64,000 bases of DNA from Ostrea edulis. Its lineage: Eukaryota. A model generated the notes under the pieces. The model did no database searches. It was not told the origin of the DNA and saw only the letters and a list, made by a program, of their open reading frames with translations. The stretch spans positions 9,362,001-9,426,000 of the forward strand of contig NC_079170.1 of the NCBI RefSeq assembly GCF_947568905.1, written 5' to 3'. This document shows positions 36,073 through 45,698 of this stretch, piece by piece (position 1 is the stretch's first letter; each line of letters begins with the position of its first letter). The position numbers and the translations under genes are program-made.

Positions 36073-37309
36073 CTATATAGAGTGGATGGTCCTCTATAAA
36101 TTGTGATAAAGGAAAGTTGTAGGGTGACCTTGTTTTGACTCCTCCTATTCCTACAGATATTAACTGTGAGGTTTACTATTTAATATCTGCTAAAAGTTTG
36201 TATTTATACAGGGAGCAATATGTGAGTTCGAGATGCAGCCGAGTTATTTCCCTTTAGAGAACTTTCATACACAACAATGGGCGGGGTGTATTTTCTCAAA
36301 TCCTACTAACCAGGTCACATTATAATGATAGGAGAAAATTTATGCTTATCATTTACTAAGCTCTAGTAAATTGTTGTACAATGATTTACCTTTTATACTT
36401 CTAATCTCCAACTGTATGTGAACAAGAAATCCATGGCCCCCACCCCGATATTCACCAGGCTGGGAAGTACTTTCGGTTTGTTATTTATACTTCCTGGTGG
36501 GTAATTTACCTGTATAAACACACACCTGGGTAACTACCCGTAGATATAAACACAAAGGTAGCCTTGTATCACACGCGTTCTTGTTCTGACTCAGAGTTAA
36601 TGTTCTTTATAGGCTACAGGTCATGTGATGTAACAAATCGTCACTAGGTAAAGAGACCCATGATACATAATGCTCACCTGAATAGTATTGATAATGTACT
36701 GGTATAAACATCTGTGATGTAACAAATTGTCACTAGATAAAGAGACTCATTAGACATAATGCTCACCGGAATCGCTAAAACCTCATTAACTTAAAGATGA
36801 TTCAGCATGAATTTAAGACAGTGGCGGATTTAAGCCCCCCCCCCCCCCACCGCAATTCCTGGATCCGCCCCTGATTTAAGATTATTCTCAGCAGCAGATT
36901 AGATCCTTGATATCCTTTGGGGTGAGATCAGAAAGTTCAATATCTGACAAAAAACTAAATTCACATACTTTTCACTAAGACTCCCACCCCCTTTATAAAG
37001 CAATTTCCATAATCTCGACTCAAATATCGGGCATTTCGCACATTCACTGCCAAATCGTATTTAAATGAGGCAAAAAATCCTACCTTCCTTATCGAAATCC
37101 TGAATCTGCAGCTAGTTACCTGTTGGAATATGCCTTGATCGAATTAATTAATAGTATATCGTCATCTTTCACCAGTGCCAAGTTGATATGTACACATGAT
37201 TAATTGGCTTTCTTTATTCTAAATGAATGCACATCAGGGGAGGGGGACAATTTCATGGTCACAATGTAATATTATATATTTATTGCATAGGCGCTCCCCA
37301 GCTTAATTG

Positions 37310-37312
<3 letters not shown>

Positions 37313-37398
<86 letters not shown>
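37313..37398. repeat. Compound (AT)n(AG)n microsatellite
   Basis: Direct reading. Confidence 0.97.
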
Positions 37399-37402
<4 letters not shown>

Positions 37403-38440
37403 TCTAACCACTTTATTCATGAGCTTGATATCAGGTGATCTTAAGGTTATGAATATTCATTAAGTGCGTAACTTTATCAGAAGTTATTTTACCGCGTACA
37501 TTTAATGGCAATTCGTGGTGTAAAAATGAATTTTAAAAATTGAAAAGTTTTGACAACACAATATTTCAAACACGAGCTGAATTTAAAAACAAAATATACT
37601 CCCCGGCACGTACATATTTGTCCACATATTACACAAAGAGGATCCTGTACGGTAAATCAATGTCTATAATATAGCCCCCAAGCAATATTCTATCTCAAGT
37701 ATTAATATTCATTTTAACTGCAGTTACGAATACATATTCACTAATAAATGTTTCCTATATTTCAAAAATGAATCAAGTTTCAGTGAAGCATCATATTTAC
37801 ATAAATGTTGGTTTCCGAAATCATTTAAACATTTTGTAGGTAGGCCTATCCCTTAAGAGGGCTCATGAGGTCAGTACAAGTGTCAAGGACAGAAAACATG
37901 ACATTTCTATTCATCAAATGAATATATGGGAATGACTGCATTTTCTAAACTTGATTTTCCCCGTAGATGTCTCTTTGCCGAAATGCTAAAAATGCCGAAA
38001 ATGGTGGTTTTGATTCAAAAACGAACTTTTTTGAAAAATAATTCAATAAATCTGTGAACAGATTCCGGAAAAACACCTGTCAATTTATCGTTTCCGATGC
38101 TGGAATTAGTGATCGTTATTTTGTATCCGTTGCTTTTTGAAGTGAAAAAGTGGACATTTTGTGATTTTCAAAGATTCTTGAAATGCTTATAATGGATCAA
38201 ATGGGGCTCTTCGATTCAAAAGTTTAACTATAAATGGAACTCCGAATTTTGTATCAGTTACATTGAAAGTTGTTTCACTGAAAAGATACGAACATGAAGA
38301 ATGGGGTATGATGCTGGAAACGTGTGTTTATACAGAGGTTAGTTTACAATCGTGATTTTACATATTTTTTCTCTATTAATTGCTTTACGTAATGACTGAT
38401 AGTTCGAATTCCAAGATGGCGGCATGCAAATTAGCCAAAT

Positions 38441-38606
38441 NNNNNNNNNNNNNNNNNNNNNNNNNNNNNNNNNNNNNNNNNNNNNNNNNNNNNNNNNNNN
38501 NNNNNNNNNNNNNNNNNNNNNNNNNNNNNNNNNNNNNNNNNNNNNNNNNNNNNNNNNNNNNNNNNNNNNNNNNNNNNNNNNNNNNNNNNNNNNNNNNNNN
38601 NNNNNN
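38441..38606. other. Assembly gap (N run)
   Basis: 166 N. Confidence 1.
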
Positions 38607-38657
38607 AACTAGGTACTTTAGTAGCGCTTTAGGAGCATAACAAAGCTTCCTTTTTAG

Positions 38658-38765
38658 GGAAGTCGTTGTGGCCGAGTGGACTTGCGCACTGGTTTGACAA
38701 TCTTACTAGGCGGTGGGTGCCGTACGTCGCTGGTTCGACCCTGGGCTGGGTCGAAAATTTTCAGT
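38658..38765 (+). mobile_element. tRNA-derived SINE head
   Basis: A box tggccgagtgg and B box ggttcgaccc, with non-canonical spacing and no intact cloverleaf. Confidence 0.55.
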
Positions 38766-38872
38766 ACCTAGTTGTGATTATTTAGTGCTCTATATATTAA
38801 TTAATTGATTTTCACATGTATCGTTTAGATCCTAGGGGTAAACATAAGGTTGGGTGTTATAATTGTTTGTTT

Positions 38873-38903
<31 letters not shown>

Positions 38904-39068
38904 TTAACAATTAAGCTGGGGAGCGCCTATGGACTACAATAATGTAATTGAAATTGGAGTCCACTCATCTCTACATTGTACGTAGCTGAGATCGCCCTCA
39001 CGGTAACATCGTGCCGTCAACGTATTAGAAGGTACAAACAACGAAATACAGTGATATGATTACCAGTG

Positions 39069-40515
39069 TTTAGTTCACCTGAGCTGGAAGCTCAAGTGAG
39101 CTTTTCTGATCGCCTGTTGTCCCTCGTCTGTCCGTCTGTCTGTAAACTTTTTACATTTTCGACTTCTTCTCCAGAATCACTGGGCCAATTATAATCAAAC
39201 GTGGCCAAAAGCATCCTTGGTTGAAGGGCTTTCAGGTTTCTTCAAACGAAGGACCATAGGGGGATAATCAAAAAAATGCAAAAATAGGATGAGGGTATTT
39301 AAAAATCTTCACAGAGCCACTGAGCCAGAAAATCTGATATTTACATGAAAATGTCCTGACATAATGCAGATTCAAGTTTGTTCAAATTATGGCCTTTGGG
39401 GATAGGATGAGACCACAATAGGGGATCAAAGGTATACATACCACTGTCATGATCGTGTGCAGGATTGGACAAAACAAGATGGCAGACGGTATTTCCAAAC
39501 AAAGGTAGGCTCTTAAAACTCTTCATTTTACCGACTTATTAGACGACGAATTTATGAATTTAAAACACTGTCTGGCCAGGGAGGCATCATTAAGTTGATT
39601 GGTTTTTGGAATTCTTACTCATGTACACGTACAACTCTAAATTCATTGATCGAAGTTCACGATGTTGCCTCGATAGAATTCGAAGCGGGCGAAGATGTTT
39701 CTAATCATGTTTTCATGTATTTTAAGAAAGATACTTTCGGTAAAATAGACTCTGCACATATCTTTTGATGAAAACTTAAACCAGTGTATGCGATTTGTCC
39801 CTTAAATTGCCTTGGTTAGATAGATATCTTGACTTGAACATTTGCTAATGTGCAGGATTGGACTGTGGTCGTTTCCACGATAAAAGTGCCGTCTGCCATC
39901 TTGTTTTGTCCAATCCTGCACACGATCATGACAGTGCATACAAATATATAGGGGAAATCTTATAAAAACTTCTTCTCAAAAACTACTGGGCCAGGAAAGT
40001 GGGATTTTACATGAAAGCTTCATGACATAGTGTAAATTCAAGTTTGTTAGAATCATGGCTTCCAGGGGTAAAATAAGCGATAATAGGGAATCAAAGTTTT
40101 ACATACAAATATATAGGGAAAATCTTTAAAAATCTTCTTCCCAAGAACCACTGAGCCAGAAAAACTGAGATTTACATGAAAGCTTTCTGACAAATGCAGA
40201 TTCAATTTTGTAAAACTCATGACCCCTGGGGCTTGGATAGGGCCACAATAGGGGATCAAAATTGTACGTAACTAATAAATAGAAACAAATCTTTTAAAAA
40301 TCTTCTCCTTAAGAACCATTGGGCCAAAGAAGTTTACATTTGCACGAAAACTTCCTGACATAGTGCAGATTCATGTTTGTAAAAATCATGGTCCCCGGGG
40401 GTAAGATGGGGCCACAGTAGGGGGTCAAAATTTTACATACATGTACAAATGTATAGAGAAAATCATTAAAAATCTTTTGAGAAATCACTAGGCCAGAAAA
40501 GTTTACATTATTTTA
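39069..40515 (-). mobile_element. Helentron/HINE-like non-autonomous element with ~165-bp internal repeats, interrupted by a MITE
   Basis: End tttagttcacctgagctggaagctcaagtgagctttt is the reverse complement of the 59815-59838 end. Internal repeats are of the same family as 56620-59838. Confidence 0.8.
39442..39936. mobile_element. 495-bp MITE with perfect 48-bp TIRs starting CAC and a 5-bp TSD (Transib-like)
   Basis: TIR cactgtcatgatcgtgtgcaggattggacaaaacaagatggcagacgg at 39442-39489, with its exact reverse complement at 39889-39936. catac is duplicated on both sides. Confidence 0.85.
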
Positions 40516-41099
40516 TACAGGTTCCTTGAAAATCAGTTATCTTCCTATTTTTGATATTTTGGCTCTGGTACCATATATCTGGTAAGATCATTGTTTTGTA
40601 TGTATTTCTGTGATGTCTAACTTGTATTTGTCATAGAATTTCTTGGCATTATCATGTTATTTGATTCGCGATAAAGTGTAAGAGTTATTTACTCTTTAAA
40701 TTTGGTTTATTCCGTTAAATTACTATAGGAATATGTAAATTTTCAAACATTTGCATATGGCACAGGTGAAATAAGTATAAATTAAAACAACCTTGTAGAG
40801 TGGTGGTGGGGGATGGTGGGGTAGACGGAATAAACTGTATATTAAAGATCTGCGAATCAAATAACATGATTATGCCAATTTCTTCTGTGTGTGTTCGATG
40901 TGTACTTTACCATTTAGTTTACATAAATGTCATTAATGATAAGATTTATTATATTTAAATGCATTATGGGTAAAGAGCCTCATTTTTTTGTTATGTTTCA
41001 GAGCTGCTATTTACATGTCCGAAATAGATTTATTTCTTCAATAAACTCATAACCTGTCACGGATGGTCTGTGTGGTCATTAGAACCGGTTAGCAACCCC

Positions 41100-41304
41100 G
41101 TAACAGAAATACCCGACAGGAGATGAAGATCCTGGGTTGATGTCTTCGAGGTTTAAAGACATTTAAGGAAGGAGGAACGTGGCGGTCATACGGGTTCAAT
41201 CGCCGATGGCTACATAGTTCAGTTGATAGAGCACCTGCCTAGAGATTCAGGGAACGGGTTCGAATCCCAGTCTAGTCCGTCACTTGTTTTCCCATTCTGT
41301 TACA
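41100..41304 (+). mobile_element. Diverged partial copy of the tRNA-LTR TRIM (internal part, PPT and one LTR)
   Basis: aagatcctgggttgatgtcttcgag...aaggaaggaggaa|cgtggcggtc...ggttcgaatcccagtctagtcc...ctgttaca aligns with 35890-36072. Confidence 0.8.
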
Positions 41305-41650
41305 CACGTATAGAACATGCATACTGTTCCTTTTTACATTCAATATCATAAATGTACACCACTAACATGATTTTATTGACAAAGTAATAATATTTACACG
41401 AATACTCAAACATTGTTATTTAGACATGGGCCGTTGAATTATATACATGTAGATATCACACATTCTTTGTTTCTATAATGTTCATGTACTGCATGGCAGT
41501 CATGATCGTAAACCTTTCGTAGTTGTAAGCACAGACAATTATATAACTTGGGTTCGAATTTACTAAAAGAGTACTCTGAACAGTAAAATCGAACCCACGC
41601 GATATAATTGCCTATGGTTGCAATAAAATTACAAAACACTGAAAATGTTA

Positions 41651-43325
41651 TCAACGTCTGCTTTCCCGATCTGGATTCAAGCAGTTGGCGAGCTTTCTGT
41701 TATCTTTCCAGTAACAGAGTCCAAACGTGTCTGGAAGACAAAACCCGAACCTGGCGTAGCAATCATTGGTATTGTAAGAGCCCTCCCATAAACACACGTG
41801 GTCTGGATTCAGGCCCCTAGCTTCCGGGTAGTAGCAAGCATCTCCACGGCAATGAAACACCTGATACAAATAAACAAAAATATCGATATATTATTTTGGG
41901 AATATCGTTCGAATTATTTTATTTAATTACTGAAACAGCCAATGGGAAAATATGTTTTTGTTGTGCTATAGGACTTATTGCAAACAATCACGGCTTTAAC
42001 TATCATGCGTCTGAACATGCTGGCGTTTTTCTCCTTACCGTGCAGTTACACCCCCTTTTATACTCCTTACCGTGCAGTTACACCCCCTTTCATACATGCA
42101 TCTGAACATGCTGGCGTTTTCTCCTTACCGTGCAGTTACACCCCCTTTCATACATGCGTCTGAACATAATGGCGTTTTCTCCTTACCGTGCAGTTACATC
42201 CCCTTTCATACATGCGTCGAATTCCTCGTCTCTGCAGATGATTCCCTTCTTTCAGTCTGCTGAATTCTTTGTTCCACTCACAAAGGTTTGTAAACAATTC
42301 TCCCTCCTGAGCATGTCCTAAAACATAGACCAAGTTAAAGCTCACTCTCCATTCGTGATTGATTAACAACTTTGTTGTCTTTTAGATATCACGTGATTAT
42401 TTTTCGTGTGTTTGTTTACCTGAAATAAGGTATTCTGTGTTCAGGGTGAAGGTCATTCCACAGTTCCATGGAGTACCAGACGTTTTGATCACGGCTTCAT
42501 TTTGAGAGCCCAGAAGATGTTCTCCCTGTACAAAATAGCACACGACTTACAATTTCATTTGAAGTCTGAGAATGTGTAGTATGTTACATATACTAGTATA
42601 TGATGTTGGTTTATGATGTGTACGCCCCATGTTTGGTAATCGTCGACAAAGGATTTGAAAACTTTGAAATCCACCCTGCATACACAATAATAGTCTTTCT
42701 TTCTATCATCACATCGACTTGATGCCTGAGTAGACTAGGCTCCAGGCCGTAAAACAACTTTCACTTTCGATCTGTCTCACTTCTATATATCATTTGCTCC
42801 ATTGATGAAAGTAAGTCCTTGTAGGTCTAGGTGAGTCACGGTTACAATTTCTTTCCCTCGATTTTTCAGTATGTAGTCTTACCTTCAAAATATCTCTTTT
42901 CTTGTACTGAATCTTGTAGTGTTTCATCAATGGAAAGTCCACATCCTCGCCAAATTCCAGTTTCTCTTCTATTATCGTCGCCTTGACAACTAGATGCAGA
43001 GGAGAAGAACTCGTAAGTTGCAAGAACTTGTTTCTAATCCTTTTGTATATAGTATATACAATAAAATATGTTCAAATCAACTAGATGCAGAAAAATCAAG
43101 AACCACGTGCTTATGTGGAATCTTGTACTTCTTTATAATCGTGTTTGAATTTTATAGAATTCTTATATGTATCATATCACCGTTTTAAATTTACATTATA
43201 TACTTACCGAAATCGGCAGAACAAAATTTGTTTTGTGGATGAGGGAAATCGCAAGTACAGGCACTTGAGAGCCTAACACAGATCGTAAACACCACTACCA
43301 AATACAGGAAGCCAAATCGCTCCAT
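41651..43325 (-). CDS. TIMP: Tissue inhibitor of metalloproteinases (TIMP), complete, 5 exons, 223 aa with signal peptide
   Basis: Exons 43325-43208, 42989-42883, 42525-42420, 42317-42187 and 41860-41651 (672 nt, GT-AG, phases consistent). Signal peptide is followed by the mature N-terminus CTCDFPHPQNKFCSADFVVKA (CxC..HPQ..FC), then NCG, LCEW, GCNC and a Cys-rich C-domain. Confidence 0.95.
42003..42215. repeat. 58-bp tandem repeat of TIMP exon 4 end and donor
   Basis: ctccttaccgtgcagttaca recurs, with exon-end copies at 42187, 42129, 42071 and 42039. Confidence 0.93.
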
Positions 43326-44267
43326 CTTCATTTTGTCCTGTACAAACATCAAAAAAGGCGTTTTCTATCAATAACTTAAAAAATTTTTAAAGTCGACTAA
43401 AGGAAATATACGATGATAAATTACACGCTGAAAGAGTGTTCGAAAAGTATAAAATTGTTCAAGTAAACTCCACTTGCCTTGTATCTGTGAGTGCTGTTTA
43501 TGGAAATTCAAATTACAATCTGGCGTGGAATTCGGATGAATCTACTTAATTTATACATGTTGACCTCCCACTTCAGATTTCCGCTTAACGCGCGCGTTTT
43601 AAGTATTTACAAGTAAATCTATGCGGGTTTTGGTGAGTAAAAAATATATGAAGATTGACTCCCATTATGCAACTGGGCGAGCAGACTTTGTTTTTTTGCG
43701 TCATTGTTGAGAATTTCGTCACATTTTGAATACTCTTAAAAATCGTCTATTGACGACACAACCGCAACAAATACTTCAATCTCAATACGCAGCTTCATAG
43801 AGTGTTTCTTTATTTATTTTCAGTCATTGTCCCAAATTCCGACATAGCGACAATATTTTCCCTTATATATGATATAAACATGCACACAAATGCTGATATA
43901 CGTTTGGGAATGTACGGGTGTGCGTGTTACATAATGGAAAATGTGGTTTGCATGCGCCATGCATGAACAAAGTTTTGTGAGTTATAGTCACTCCTCGTCA
44001 TTATTAGTAAGCCCAGTGTTATTTCTGAATCTAAGACAGGAAAGGAATTATACATATTTCTGTAGAGTTTGAACATGGAAACAGTTTCCCCGTAAATTCT
44101 GAGCCTTCAGATATTTCCCATCAAAACTAAGTACAACCAGCCTAACCCATTAACAACCTCTGATAAATCACTGTAGGTCCATTTTCCTGTATCGCACATA
44201 ATCCTCCAATTTCTAAATTCAATAAATCTTTCTTCTGTTCATTGTCATCTGAATTTCATTTCGCAAG

Positions 44268-45698
44268 AAACTACTGAGTGTACATTTGAGGATAGCTGTA
44301 TCATCAGCATGTACATCAACGATAAAACAAAACTACTGAGTGTACATTTGAGGATAGCTGTATCATCAGCATGTACATCAACGATAAAACAAAACTACTG
44401 AGTGTACATTTGAGGATAGCTGTATCATCAGCATGTACATCAACGATAAAACAAAACTACTGAGTGTACATTTGAGGATAGCTGTATCATCAGCATGTAC
44501 ATCAACGATAAAACAAAACTACTGAGTGTACATTTGAGGATAGCTGTATCATCAGCATGTACATCAACGATAAAACAAAACTACTGAGTGTACATTTGAG
44601 GATAGCTGTATCATCAGCATGTACATCAACGATAAAACAAAACTACTGAGTGTACATTTGAGGATAGCTGTATCATCAGCATGTACATCAACGATGAAAC
44701 AAAACTACTGAGTGTACATTTGAGGATAGCTGTATCATCAGCATGTACATCAACGATGAAACAAAACTACTGAGTGTACATTTGAGGATAGCTGTATCAT
44801 CAGCATGTACATCAACGATAAAACAAAACTACTGAGTGTACATTTGAGGATAGCTGTATCATCAGCATGTACATCAACGATAAAACAAAACTACTGAGTG
44901 TACATTTGAGGATAGCTGTATCATCAGCATGTACATCAACGATAAAACAAAACTACTGAGTGTACATTTGAGGATAGCTGTATCATCAGCATGTACATCA
45001 ACGATAAAACAAAACTACTGAGTGTACATTTGAGGATAGCTGTATCATCAGCATGTACATCAACGATAAAACAAAACTACTGAGTGTACATTTGAGGATA
45101 GCTGTATCATCAGCATGTACATCAACGATAAAACAAAACTACTGAGTGTACATTTGAGGATAGCTGTATCATCAGCATGTACATCAACGATAAAACAAAA
45201 CTACTGAGTGTACATTTGAGGATAGCTGTATCATCAGCATGTACATCAACGATAAAACAAAACTACTGAGTGTACATTTGAGGATAGCTGTATCATCAGC
45301 ATGTACATCAACGATGAAACAAAACTACTGAGTGTACATTTGAGGATAGCTGTATCATCAGCATGTACATCAACGATGAAACAAAACTACTGAGTGTACA
45401 TTTGAGGATAGCTGTATCATCAGCATGTACATCAACGATAAAACAAAACTACTGAGTGTACATTTGAGGATAGCTGTATCATCAGCATGTACATCAACGA
45501 TGAAAACAAAACTACTGAGTGTACATTTGAGGATAGCTGTATCATCAGCATGTACATCAACGATAAAACAAAACTACTGAGTGTACATTTGAGGATAGCT
45601 GTATCATCAGCATGTACATCAACGATAAAACAAAACTACTGAGTGTACATTTGAGGATAGCTGTATCATCAGCATGTACATCAACGATAAAACAAAAC
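44268..45698. repeat. 62-bp minisatellite (~23 near-identical copies) ~1 kb upstream of TIMP
   Basis: Unit aaactactgagtgtacatttgaggatagctgtatcatcagcatgtacatcaacgat(a/g)aaaca. Confidence 0.98.

Larger units (their letters stand above)
37286..38931. mobile_element. Foldback/MITE-like element with 28-bp terminal inverted repeats
   Basis: cataggcgctccccagcttaattgttaa ... ttaacaattaagctggggagcgcctatg, each flanked internally by (AT)n. It spans the 38441-38606 gap. Confidence 0.65.

Noticed and set aside
42661-42790. Additional TIMP exon
   Set aside because: All frames have stops, and exons 42989-42883 and 42525-42420 join in phase without it.
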